From contig JAUVXV010000007.1 of the NCBI GenBank assembly GCA_030603365.1, positions 76,616 to 140,615 of the forward strand: a stretch of 64,000 nt of DNA, read 5' to 3'. The notes under the pieces are model-generated. The model had not been told where the DNA came from, did not search any database, and saw nothing but the letters and a program-made list of their open reading frames with translations. A program made the position numbers and the translations under genes. Shown in pieces: positions 8,569 through 17,886 of the stretch. The DNA comes from Candidatus Heimdallarchaeota archaeon. Lineage in GTDB: Archaea; Asgardarchaeota; Heimdallarchaeia; Heimdallarchaeales; Heimdallarchaeaceae. Within the stretch, counting starts at the first letter, position 1. Every line of letters starts with the position of its first letter.

Positions 8569-9569
8569 TTAGCTTTATTCCTTTTGTTAGTTTTCTTATT
8601 CTTTCTATAATAAGGAGAACGAAATATAAGAAATAATTGTGCTAATGGACTAACCAAACCTATGAGGAATCTACGGAATTTTATACGACTTTCGAACTCT
8701 TTTGCAAAGCCTTCCATCGTATATCTTTGATATTGTAAAATTCCTTGAGAATCGTCAGTATACAACCAGTCTGTGTGAAACCAATCTTTATCATGTTGAG
8801 GTTCTTTAAAACATTCTCTGGGGATAGGACCAACTCCAAAAGATTTTAACAATCTTGTTATATATTCACCAGCAAGCATTTGACATTTTTCTCCCCCTGC
8901 TAAATTCATTATTTTGTGATTGATATCTACATTAATTGCATTCACACATGCTAACCCAACATCCCAAGTATGAATAAATTCTAATCGTTGATCGAAAGGT
9001 ACTTCAAACATCAGAGAAGGTATTTTCATTGGCATTCTGAGTGAAGGAACAGCTGTTAATCGCAAAATTATCCAATCTAAGGAACTTGCTTGAAGAATTT
9101 TTTCCATTTCCCATTTCTGAAAAGCATAAAGATCATGAGAGATAGGTACTATTTCATCTGTAACATATCTTGGGGGAGGCATATGCATTTTAGAGCCATA
9201 GATAGCTAAAGAACTAGTAAAGATGATTTTAGGTTTCTTCTCAAGTTTTTCAGCTGCATCAACAAGATTCTTCATACCCCCTGCATTAACCTCGGTAGCA
9301 TAATCTGGATTTTCATCAGCTTCGGGAGGAATAATTGCTGCTAGATGGATTACATAATCCACGTCTTGTACGATTCTTTCTACATCTGTTTTGTTTCGAA
9401 TATCTCCCCAAATAGTCTTAAAATTACCTTTCTTTGACATGATTTTTTGAATTTTTTTAGTATGTTTAGTCTTCTTATCAAAACATCTAACATCATATCC
9501 ACGTTCTAATAGAAGTCCTAGTGTACTCTCACCTACATTCCCAAATGGACCTGTTAATAAAATCTTCAT
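8565..9569 (-). CDS. NAD-dependent epimerase/dehydratase (extended SDR) family protein
   Basis: The N-terminus MKILLTGPFGNVGESTL is a glycine-rich NAD-binding motif. The protein has SDR-like length and layout. Confidence 0.8.
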   Translation of the reverse strand: MKILLTGPFGNVGESTLGLLLERGYDVRCFDKKTKHTKKIQKIMSKKGNFKTIWGDIRNKTDVERIVQDVDYVIHLAAIIPPEADENPDYATEVNAGGMKNLVDAAEKLEKKPKIIFTSSLAIYGSKMHMPPPRYVTDEIVPISHDLYAFQKWEMEKILQASSLDWIILRLTAVPSLRMPMKIPSLMFEVPFDQRLEFIHTWDVGLACVNAINVDINHKIMNLAGGEKCQMLAGEYITRLLKSFGVGPIPRECFKEPQHDKDWFHTDWLYTDDSQGILQYQRYTMEGFAKEFESRIKFRRFLIGLVSPLAQLFLIFRSPYYRKNKKTNKRNKAN

Positions 9570-9865
9570 AAACTAATCCTCTGGCTAGGTTTCAGAGACA
9601 AAAGTTCTTTTATTTAATATTTGCTCTGAAATGATTTTGGTTTTTTAGAATTAGTATTCCAATAAAAGAAAAATGAAGGAAGAATGAATACTCTAGTAGT
9701 GATGGTGTGATAGTTAAATTTCCTTTTTTCTTTTTTTTAGTTTTTTGTTAGACAGTCCCAAACACTTTAATCTCATCATTTTTATCGGATTCCTTCTCCT
9801 GTGCAAAAGATTTAAATTCCATAAGTGTATAGTTTAACGATTCAATCATCTTGATAGGTTAGAAT

Positions 9866-11128
9866 ATGAAAAGGCAATCAAAACAATCCAAAGTTTCAAT
9901 TAGAAGATTTTTGTGTGTTTTATTTTTAATTTTAGGAATAAGTATATTCTCAAGTATGAGAGTAAATTCTACAACTATACCTTCTAACCCACCATCTTAC
10001 TCCTCACTTACCCCACATGATCCTATATCCATTAGTTCTGATAGTTACTTTGCGATTTTTCCAGGAACAGGAACGAAAGAAGATCCTTATGTTATTGAAG
10101 GATATGAAATTATAACATCACAAAATAGAGGTATTTATATCACTGGCACAACGAAACATTTTACTGTTCGTAACTGCTATGTTGAAGCAAGATGGAGTGG
10201 CATTTATATCGGTACTGTAGCTGATGGAACTGCAACTGTCATCAACAACACTTGTAACAACAATGAAAACGGCATCAATCTTCACTCTTCTGATTGTGTC
10301 GTTACTTACAATCTTGTACAAAAAAATATAGACTATGGAATCTGTCTATCTTCTTCTGCTGACAACAACATTATTCACCATAATATTTTCGTAGATAATA
10401 ACTTAGGAAGTTCTTCTCAAGCTATTGATAATGGAAAGAAAAACAAATGGTATGACACTGAGACAAAAGAAGGGAATTATTGGTCAGACTTGGGAGATGA
10501 ATGTACATATAAAATTGATGGTGATGCTCATTCTAAAGATTTATATCCATTAAACAGAGCACAATCTTGCCTAAATCCTATTACTATGACAATACTCACT
10601 ATTGTCCTACCTTTACTAGTTGGAGTTGCTATTCTGGCGTTTGTAGTACCGAAGTATGCCATTCCCTATACTCGAAAAACCATCATACCCTATTTTCGCA
10701 AAAGAAAAGCTGAAAGACAAGATCGAATAGCAAAATTGTTGTTCTGTCCTAACTGCAGGAATAGTGTTAAATTATCTTCAACATTCTGTGAAAACTGTGG
10801 AACAACTCTTCCAAAGAGAAAGAGATTCGTACTCAGCAGAAAAAGAATGTTACTCTATAAAAGTAAATTAATAGAAAGTTCTAATGAAGAATTGATGAAA
10901 CAGCTGATAATTAATATTGTCATAGCTATTCTTTTTGTATTGGTAATCTCTACTGAAATAGTTTTTGTGATAATTCTGGGGGGTTTTTTAGCTGCTCATG
11001 GTGGGCCTGGTTTTTTAATCGGAGGAATTATTTTAGCACCAATCTTGATAATGCCGCTCATCTTTTTCACCATTCCTAGATTTGCTGCTTTATTGTCAGA
11101 GAAAAAGACAAGGAGAAGAAAGAAATAG
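9866..11128 (+). CDS. Membrane protein with an extracellular right-handed beta-helix (PbH1/NosD-like) domain, a TM helix, a cytoplasmic zinc ribbon and a C-terminal TM bundle
   Basis: A signal/TM segment (FLCVLFLILGISIFSS) is followed by PbH1-like repeats (GIYITGT..., NGINLHSS..., YGICLSSS..., NNIIHHNIF). Next come a TM helix (MTILTIVLPLLVGVAILAFVV), a zinc ribbon (CPNCRNSVKLSSTFCENCG) and further hydrophobic helices. Confidence 0.75.
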   Translation: MKRQSKQSKVSIRRFLCVLFLILGISIFSSMRVNSTTIPSNPPSYSSLTPHDPISISSDSYFAIFPGTGTKEDPYVIEGYEIITSQNRGIYITGTTKHFTVRNCYVEARWSGIYIGTVADGTATVINNTCNNNENGINLHSSDCVVTYNLVQKNIDYGICLSSSADNNIIHHNIFVDNNLGSSSQAIDNGKKNKWYDTETKEGNYWSDLGDECTYKIDGDAHSKDLYPLNRAQSCLNPITMTILTIVLPLLVGVAILAFVVPKYAIPYTRKTIIPYFRKRKAERQDRIAKLLFCPNCRNSVKLSSTFCENCGTTLPKRKRFVLSRKRMLLYKSKLIESSNEELMKQLIINIVIAILFVLVISTEIVFVIILGGFLAAHGGPGFLIGGIILAPILIMPLIFFTIPRFAALLSEKKTRRRKK

Positions 11129-11259
11129 TTCCTTTGCTACTCACAATAAGTATCTCTCGAAAAAGACGAAAAATAGAATAAGAAACTACCATTTCTTTTT
11201 TTCCCACTTTTTATTTTTCCTCATTGATTTTTCTTCTGATAAAATACATTAAATAAGAG

Positions 11260-11400
11260 TTAGAAAAGATACTTCACTTTCCACTCTTTTTTAGGAAACA
11301 TGTAATTGAAAGTGAAAACAAGAAGAACTAAGCAGACAGCTTCACAAGTGAAAATTAGCCAATATCCAACAACAGCTGAAAAAATAAACATAACCATCAT
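11260..11400 (-). CDS. Possible 46-aa hydrophobic small protein downstream of the ABC permease
   Basis: Manual translation gives MMVMFIFSAVVGYWLIFTCEAVCLVLLVFTFNYMFPKKEWKVKYLF. It lies 45 nt after the permease stop on the same strand. I recognise no homology. Confidence 0.25.
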   Translation of the reverse strand: MMVMFIFSAVVGYWLIFTCEAVCLVLLVFTFNYMFPKKEWKVKYLF

Positions 11401-11445
11401 TAAAGATATTAGAAGTATAATAAGAACATATTTAGAGAATTTATA

Positions 11446-13014
11446 TTATCCTCTGATTTCTTCAACGACATATTTGTGCTTGAACTTACCAAATAAACGA
11501 ACTTTTAGTAGAAGTCCAGCTACACCAATTATCGGAAAAACAGGTAAGAAGGATAAGGTAAGATACAGTGTTCCAATGAAAATGGGTGTTTTAATCATTA
11601 CTAGAAGAGACAGAAGCATACCAATTACTATTGTTCCGAAGAAATATGGAATTTTAGATTTCATCTTGTCTCTTTCGTTGATTGGTAGAGCTGCCATGAT
11701 TGTTTCTCCTCCCGTTTCTATAGTTGTTGTACTAACAATCATGGCCATTGTATTTGTCAGTACATAAATCATCATGATAATAAAATATGCAGTTACTGTC
11801 GTGTTTCCATAGATTACATGAAAGTCTTCAACATAACCAGTAAGTGCAGTATAAATTGGCATCATAATCGGTAATATGAGAACAACAATTTGTTGCATTT
11901 CTCTTGTGACAATTGAAAGATCACGTTTCATAAAAGCCCTAACTGGAGGAAGATTTTTAGTAGAAATGTCTTCTACTTTTGTTTTTCTTCTTATGATTTC
12001 CTTTCTTTTTATTTCAGGAGATGAAATGTTTCTTAATATAGTAAGAGCTTTTCTAATTACTAAGAAAGTAATTAAACAATAGAATAAAAATCCAATAACA
12101 GAACCAACTATTGTTAGTGGGGCTACACCGTTAAAATCTAAAACAAACATTGATAGTAGATATCCACTTGAGAAAGGATATGGAACAAACGAAAGTATGT
12201 TACTAATTAAGGTTGAATCTTTAATAGATAATCCGTTCAAGCCATAAAAAGCATCTAAATTCTGTATACCAATATTTACTGCTCCTATAATAAACATTGA
12301 CACAAAGAAATAAGCAAACATGGTTCCAATTCGAATAAAACTTGCTTTTTTTGATGCAAAATCATACTCTTCCATCACAATAGCTAGTTTTCGTGATAAG
12401 ATAACCAATATACCAATGTTAAAACATGTGTTAACCAAAGAAAGAACTATACTTATTAGAAGAATAGCAACTATTTTCCAGATACTAATATAAGGTCCAA
12501 TTGTCAAGCTTATAACTACAGTCATTCCAATCGGTAAGACAAGTGTCATGGCAATTAGTTGAACATTGATACTTCTAACGAAAGTTAGTAAACCTATTTT
12601 TTCGATTTCCTTTCTGCTGAATGGGAGTGTGTGTATCCATTCGTAAGGTCCACCAGACATTATTCCCCAAGCTAGCATTAAAGCAAATACAACCAGAATT
12701 ACAAGTTGAACAAAGAAGAAGGCACCATTAACAATACCACTAGCAAAATTAAGCCATTCAAATGAAGAACCTTCAGATAATTGTCGATACATTGAAGAGA
12801 CTGAAACAATAGGGATAAAAGTTAGTGAAGCGATATATATTGTTGCTAGAAATTTATAGATTATATCTGGAGATCTTGCTATTCTATCTTTTTCAATTCT
12901 TTCCAGATATCTCTGCTGATTACTTCCAGCAGATTGAAGTTGAGCGTGAAGCACCGCTTCTTTATAGACTCTTTTAGAAGCTTTGTACAGTTCTTTATTT
13001 CTCAGAAGAATCAC
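11446..13014 (-). CDS. ABC transporter permease (multi-pass, ABC-2-like exporter component)
   Basis: 522 aa, with many hydrophobic helices. It has a 4-nt start/stop overlap with the upstream ATPase gene. Confidence 0.75.
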   Translation of the reverse strand: MILLRNKELYKASKRVYKEAVLHAQLQSAGSNQQRYLERIEKDRIARSPDIIYKFLATIYIASLTFIPIVSVSSMYRQLSEGSSFEWLNFASGIVNGAFFFVQLVILVVFALMLAWGIMSGGPYEWIHTLPFSRKEIEKIGLLTFVRSINVQLIAMTLVLPIGMTVVISLTIGPYISIWKIVAILLISIVLSLVNTCFNIGILVILSRKLAIVMEEYDFASKKASFIRIGTMFAYFFVSMFIIGAVNIGIQNLDAFYGLNGLSIKDSTLISNILSFVPYPFSSGYLLSMFVLDFNGVAPLTIVGSVIGFLFYCLITFLVIRKALTILRNISSPEIKRKEIIRRKTKVEDISTKNLPPVRAFMKRDLSIVTREMQQIVVLILPIMMPIYTALTGYVEDFHVIYGNTTVTAYFIIMMIYVLTNTMAMIVSTTTIETGGETIMAALPINERDKMKSKIPYFFGTIVIGMLLSLLVMIKTPIFIGTLYLTLSFLPVFPIIGVAGLLLKVRLFGKFKHKYVVEEIRG

Positions 13015-13838
13015 TTCTTTTTATCATTATGAAACATCTTCCTAAGATTTTGAATAATATGATTCACTGACTCATCTTGTTGAGTTAGTTTAAGAAAAAT
13101 CGTTTCCAGATCAGCACCTGCCTTATCTGCCAGTTCTGAGAGTTCTTTTACTGTACCTAAAGCAACAAGTTTACCTCTATCCAGGATAGCTATTCTATCA
13201 CACATATCCTCTGCAATTTCAAGAATGTGTGTAGAAAAAATAACTGATCCTCCTCTTTCACTATGAAGTTCTATAATCTCTTTTACGACTTTGGCAGATT
13301 TCGCATCTAAACCTGTAAGTGGTTCATCTAGAATTAGTAAATCTGGATCATGAATTAAAGAGGCTATAACTTGCATCTTCTGTTTATTTCCTCGAGAAAG
13401 TGTAGCTACAAGTTTTTCATAATATTCAACAGCCTCCAAACTCTCTAGATAATAACGAAGCTTTTCTGTGGTTTCAGCTTCATCTAAATTACGTATTGAA
13501 GTAATGAAATCAAATAACATTCGAGGTGTCATTGACTTATAGATTAGAGGATCTTCTGAAACATATCCTAGTCTTTTTTTAATCTCTATTTCTTCTTTCT
13601 CAGGATGGAGTCCGAAAACCTCAATATCACCTTGATCTAATTCCAGAAGCCCTAAAAGCAATTTCACAGTTGTAGTTTTACCTGCTCCATTGGGTCCTAA
13701 CAACCCAAATATTTCTCCAGGTTTGACTTCAAAAGACAAATTATTTACAGCTACAACGTCACCAAAACTCTTAGTAATATTTTGTACTTTAACCATTGGT
13801 TCTAATTCAACATTCATCACAATCTTCCCACAAGACAA
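13011..13838 (-). CDS. ABC transporter ATP-binding protein
   Basis: Walker A is GPNGAGKTT, the signature motif is LSRGNKQKMQV, Walker B is LLILDEP, and the H-loop is STH. Confidence 0.95.
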   Translation of the reverse strand: MSCGKIVMNVELEPMVKVQNITKSFGDVVAVNNLSFEVKPGEIFGLLGPNGAGKTTTVKLLLGLLELDQGDIEVFGLHPEKEEIEIKKRLGYVSEDPLIYKSMTPRMLFDFITSIRNLDEAETTEKLRYYLESLEAVEYYEKLVATLSRGNKQKMQVIASLIHDPDLLILDEPLTGLDAKSAKVVKEIIELHSERGGSVIFSTHILEIAEDMCDRIAILDRGKLVALGTVKELSELADKAGADLETIFLKLTQQDESVNHIIQNLRKMFHNDKKK

Positions 13839-13905
13839 AAGAGGAACATCCCTCTACGATGATTTAGAGAAAGACACTTATTAATATTTACAATCAAAAG
13901 CCCAT

Positions 13906-15315
13906 TTAAATCAGCTTCATTAAAAGAGGATTACGCTTAAGTGCTAATCCTATTGCCTTATTTACAAAACTTTTAGGAAAACCTGAATGCTCGAATAAAT
14001 TTTGAAAAAGTAATTCTGCTTGCTCTTGCGAATAAAGAGAGAATGAAGTGATAATATATGACATTGAAACTAGTTTTCTTAATTCATTAAAGATTTCAAT
14101 TGCAGTTTTATTAATATCTTTATCAATATTCTTCTCATATAATCCAAAAAAGTACTCACTTGCTTGATGACCTTTAACACTACCTTCAATGAGATTGATA
14201 ACAACTATCTCACCAAGCTGATTTTTTGTTAGGATAAGTTTATCAAAGAGTTCTTTGTTCATCCCACATAATCCAACATCAAGTTCTGAAACAATATTAA
14301 TTGCATCTTCTTCATTATCTACCCATCCTTTAACTTTTATTGCGAGGTGTTGGTTGAAAATTGAGAGTGTATCAATTGTTATCTTAACTGTTAATTTATC
14401 ACCTACAACAATCACTTTTTTTCCTGTTGTTACGGAATACAATACTTGATCTAGATTTTTTAATATAGCATTTGAAAGATACGCTAATGATAATTCCTCA
14501 ACATCGGTATGAGTAAAATGGTTCCCAGAATCTTCTATATTTTGAATAAGATCGAGAACATCTAACATTTCAAATCTATAATCTTGATCAGATAGAATAC
14601 GCAGTTTCTCCTCAATCAAAGGAAACAATCTGAAAACTGTATGATCTAACTCTGGAGAAAACCTCAGTATTCCTACGTTTGTCCTCATTTCATCCTTCTC
14701 AATAACTAATAGTTCTGAAGTTTTTTTCTCAGGAACAAATAACAGAAGTCCTGTTAACTGATTTTCAAAATCATATTTGATTCTATGGTTAATAATCATA
14801 TCAAGTGTTTCTTTGGCTTCTACTTTTTTACCAACAGATTCAATTATTTCAGTGTCTGTTTCATCAAAATGAATCAAACTAAACACCTTGGGTTCTGATT
14901 CTCGTAAAGGATTTTTAGAGAAGAATAGAGGTAAATTGTAGATATCATGCAAAATGTGTTCGAGTATTAGAGCTGCTTCTCCTTCAGAAATCAGATTTTC
15001 ATCCCTATCTTCAAGCAAAGGACTTGCACTGAAATGAATTTGTTCCAGGATTTGTTCAAGATGTCGCTCTGAGAATAGAGTTTCTTCTACTTTAGTTTCA
15101 AGAATAAAAATAAAATCATAAACTTCAACAAAGGAGATGTTTTTGTCATGATAAGAAATTGATTGAAGTTCTTGACGGTGAACTTCTTTAGCGAAAGTGA
15201 TAATTGCACTAATCAAACCTGAGGCTAAGATGTGCCTAGTATCATCAGCTGATTCGGGTTTAGTAGCTAACAACAATCCTGAACCTGAAACCAGTGAAAG
15301 TTGCAAGTTTCGCAT
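13906..15315 (-). CDS. Hypothetical protein (469 aa) with an N-terminal roadblock/longin-like module; paralogue of 16173..17579
   Basis: The N-terminus LSLVSGSGLLLATKPESADDTRHILASGLISAIITFAKEV...ISFVEVYDFIFILE has a roadblock/LC7-type pattern. A second beta-alpha-beta segment spans about aa 150-260. The central block is KKVIVVGDKLTVKITIDTLSIFNQHL. Confidence 0.6.
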   Translation of the reverse strand: MRNLQLSLVSGSGLLLATKPESADDTRHILASGLISAIITFAKEVHRQELQSISYHDKNISFVEVYDFIFILETKVEETLFSERHLEQILEQIHFSASPLLEDRDENLISEGEAALILEHILHDIYNLPLFFSKNPLRESEPKVFSLIHFDETDTEIIESVGKKVEAKETLDMIINHRIKYDFENQLTGLLLFVPEKKTSELLVIEKDEMRTNVGILRFSPELDHTVFRLFPLIEEKLRILSDQDYRFEMLDVLDLIQNIEDSGNHFTHTDVEELSLAYLSNAILKNLDQVLYSVTTGKKVIVVGDKLTVKITIDTLSIFNQHLAIKVKGWVDNEEDAINIVSELDVGLCGMNKELFDKLILTKNQLGEIVVINLIEGSVKGHQASEYFFGLYEKNIDKDINKTAIEIFNELRKLVSMSYIITSFSLYSQEQAELLFQNLFEHSGFPKSFVNKAIGLALKRNPLLMKLI

Positions 15316-15409
15316 AGTTATTTCATTTAAAGTATCATTTAAGTAAATTTCTTTAGTGCTAATCCATTGAGAAAGATTTTTTTTTGGAAAGAAAATATCT
15401 TAATCCCGA

Positions 15410-16165
15410 ATGAAAACTAGCACTATCCTCTATCAAGAACTAGTTCATAATGCTTGGGCTGCAGAGCATAATGTTCTCTATAAAGGATGGATATTAAGAC
15501 TATCAGAAGGGATTACACAAAGAGCAAATAGTGTTCTAACAATCAGATATCTGGGAAATGATGTAATAACTGATATTCGTAATATAGAAAATATATTTCA
15601 GAGTAGAAATCTTCCGCCTATTTTTCAAGTAGCAGATTATTTTGAACCTTCTAATCTAATTAAAATTTTGATTGGTGAAGGATATCATGCCAGAGATGAA
15701 ACTATAGTTATGAGTAGAAGTACTGAAATATCACAGAATATTGAAAAAAATGAAAATTTGACTTATTTGATTGAGGAAGGAGTCCCAGATATATGGTTTA
15801 AATCATTAACTAAATTTAGTTCCTCATCTGAAATAAGGATTAAAGGTATCGAGAATATAATTAGCAGATCTTCTGCAGAGAAAATAACATGTTTTGCTCA
15901 AGATGGTAATGAGATAACAGGAATAGTTTTAGGACTTAGGGAAGGAGATTATATTGGGATATATAATCTAACAGTGGATTCCCAAAGAAGAAGAGAAAGA
16001 ATCGGTAAGAGCATAATGTTGAAACTAATGGATTGGGCACACAAAAGCAATATAGGGGTGGTTTATCTTGCTGTAGAAGATGACAATGTAGGTGCTCGAA
16101 AATTATACCAAAAGCTGAATTTTGAAGAGAAATTCAAATACAGATATTTTGTTAGAGAAGAATAA
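15410..16165 (+). CDS. GNAT-family N-acetyltransferase
   Basis: The C-terminal acetyl-CoA-binding motif is RRRERIGKSIMLKLMDWA...VYLAVEDDNVGARKLYQKLNFEE. Confidence 0.8.
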   Translation: MKTSTILYQELVHNAWAAEHNVLYKGWILRLSEGITQRANSVLTIRYLGNDVITDIRNIENIFQSRNLPPIFQVADYFEPSNLIKILIGEGYHARDETIVMSRSTEISQNIEKNENLTYLIEEGVPDIWFKSLTKFSSSSEIRIKGIENIISRSSAEKITCFAQDGNEITGIVLGLREGDYIGIYNLTVDSQRRRERIGKSIMLKLMDWAHKSNIGVVYLAVEDDNVGARKLYQKLNFEEKFKYRYFVREE

Positions 16166-16172
16166 ATGAATA

Positions 16173-17579
16173 TTAGAGCAGATAGTCCAAAAGAGGGTTT
16201 CTTCTTACTGCCATTTCTAATGCTTTCTTAATAAAAGTTGAAGAATATCCTGATTGAGAACTTATCTCTTTCAATTTCTGTTTACCTTTTACTTCATCTA
16301 CTAAACTAATTGATGTCATATCAAGAGAAAGTGCTACTAGTTTTTCCAGATCTAGAGCTATTTTTGTAACTATTTCTGCTATTGATAGTTTCTTTATTGT
16401 ATCAAATAATTTTTTGAAATGATGGCTTGATTTAGCTCCAGTAACTCGACTATTTACTAGATTGATGCATACATCTGTTTCCTTAATTGTTTCACTACTT
16501 AGGAGCGCGTTATAAATTTCTGTAGACATTCCACACATTCTAGCCGAAAGATCACACTTTCCATTTTGAGAAAAATCGTCAGCAGATATCCACAAATTGA
16601 CAGAAGTTTGTAGGTGCTGTGTGAATATGGACATAGAATCAATAACAAGTTTTACTGTTGGTTTATCTCCTACAATGAAAATTGGTTCTCCAATAACTGC
16701 AGAATAAATTGCTTTATCAAGATTACGTCCTACAGTTCTAACTAAGAATGAAGGAGATAAATCCTCTAGATTTATTCTTGATAATCGATTTCCTGGATCA
16801 TCGATGTCTTTTAACGTGTTTAATATGCGTTCCATACTCAAAATTTCTTTGTCTTCTGACATTACTGAAAGCATTCTATCCATCATAGTAAACAGCCTGA
16901 ATAACACCAAATCTAATTCACGTGATATCTTTAAAATTCCTACACGAGAAGTTTTTCCATCTGTGTCAATAACAGTATATGTAGTACTCTTTTCTTCAGG
17001 TATATGTGTTAGTATTCCTTTTAACCCATTAATACATTTTTCATTTGCTTTTAAGGTATCAAGCATCAATGCAATTGTTGGTATAAATGATCCGGAACCC
17101 ACCTTATCTTTAATTTCCCAACCTTTGTCTGTATGAAATAATGTGAAATAAGCACTTTCTGACATTTTTAGAGGTTGTTCAGTGATTGAATAATGTAATA
17201 ATTGAACACCTTGTAGACATTTATCTAGAATTATAGCAGCTTCTCCTTCAGTTATTATATTTGGGTCAACTCCTTCTAGAATTGGTTCTGTACATTCTTT
17301 TAACTGTTGGAGTAATTGTCCAAGCTTTTGTTCAGAAAGTGTTGCTTCTTCATCAATAGTTTCCAAAATTAAGACGAATTCGTGTACTCTTACAAATGAA
17401 ACAGTACGATCATGATAAGAGATAGACTGTAATTCTCTATGATGTACTTCTTTAGAAAAAGAAATCAATGCTGTCATTAAGCCTGTTGCTAAAATCTGTC
17501 TTGTATCATCTACAGCTTCAGGTTTTGAAGCTAGAAGTATACCTGAAGAAGTAACAAGAGATATCTTAATGTTTAGCAT
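16173..17579 (-). CDS. Hypothetical protein (468 aa) with an N-terminal roadblock/longin-like module; paralogue of 13906..15315
   Basis: It is about 60 percent identical, by eye, to the paralogue over the first 75 aa or so (ISLVTSSGILLASKPEAVDDTRQILATGLMTALISFSKEV...). The central block is EPIFIVGDKPTVKLVIDSMSIFTQHL. Confidence 0.6.
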   Translation of the reverse strand: MLNIKISLVTSSGILLASKPEAVDDTRQILATGLMTALISFSKEVHHRELQSISYHDRTVSFVRVHEFVLILETIDEEATLSEQKLGQLLQQLKECTEPILEGVDPNIITEGEAAIILDKCLQGVQLLHYSITEQPLKMSESAYFTLFHTDKGWEIKDKVGSGSFIPTIALMLDTLKANEKCINGLKGILTHIPEEKSTTYTVIDTDGKTSRVGILKISRELDLVLFRLFTMMDRMLSVMSEDKEILSMERILNTLKDIDDPGNRLSRINLEDLSPSFLVRTVGRNLDKAIYSAVIGEPIFIVGDKPTVKLVIDSMSIFTQHLQTSVNLWISADDFSQNGKCDLSARMCGMSTEIYNALLSSETIKETDVCINLVNSRVTGAKSSHHFKKLFDTIKKLSIAEIVTKIALDLEKLVALSLDMTSISLVDEVKGKQKLKEISSQSGYSSTFIKKALEMAVRRNPLLDYLL

Positions 17580-17684
17580 TAGGTGGTTTTAGAAATTAGT
17601 TATATAAATAAATTTACTTTAGACTAAGAGCAGAAAAATCAAGTTAGTATTAATAATAATTGAAGAAAAAGATAGAAAATAAAC

Positions 17685-17792
17685 TTATTTCATGTTCTTT
17701 TCTTGATTTCGTTTATCACGAATCTCATCTAGTACTTCAAGAGTGATGGTAGCTACACCTCTCTCCTTAGCTTGTTCTACTATTTGAGTCAT
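17685..17792 (-). CDS. Small ORF or remnant resembling a PCP_red-type domain (a small alpha-helical domain found C-terminally in protochlorophyllide reductase subunit B)
   Basis: Manual translation from the ATG gives MTQIVEQAKERGVATITLEVLDEIRDKRNQEKNMK. The frame stays open upstream to 17868 (LDSEVYWTDKACAKIVTITRVFLKKA...), with only a TTG as a possible start three codons before the ATG. Confidence 0.25.
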   Translation of the reverse strand: MTQIVEQAKERGVATITLEVLDEIRDKRNQEKNMK

Positions 17793-17886
17793 AGCTTTTT
17801 TCAAGAAAACCCTAGTAATAGTGACTATTTTTGCGCAAGCTTTATCTGTCCAATAAACCTCGGAATCTAGTCACTTGTCAATATTA

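Noticed and set aside
11306-11767. 153-aa plus-strand ORF
   Set aside because: Its 3' two-thirds are antisense to the ABC permease (11446..13014). Its 5' part overlaps, on the opposite strand, a candidate small hydrophobic ORF. There is no motif support.
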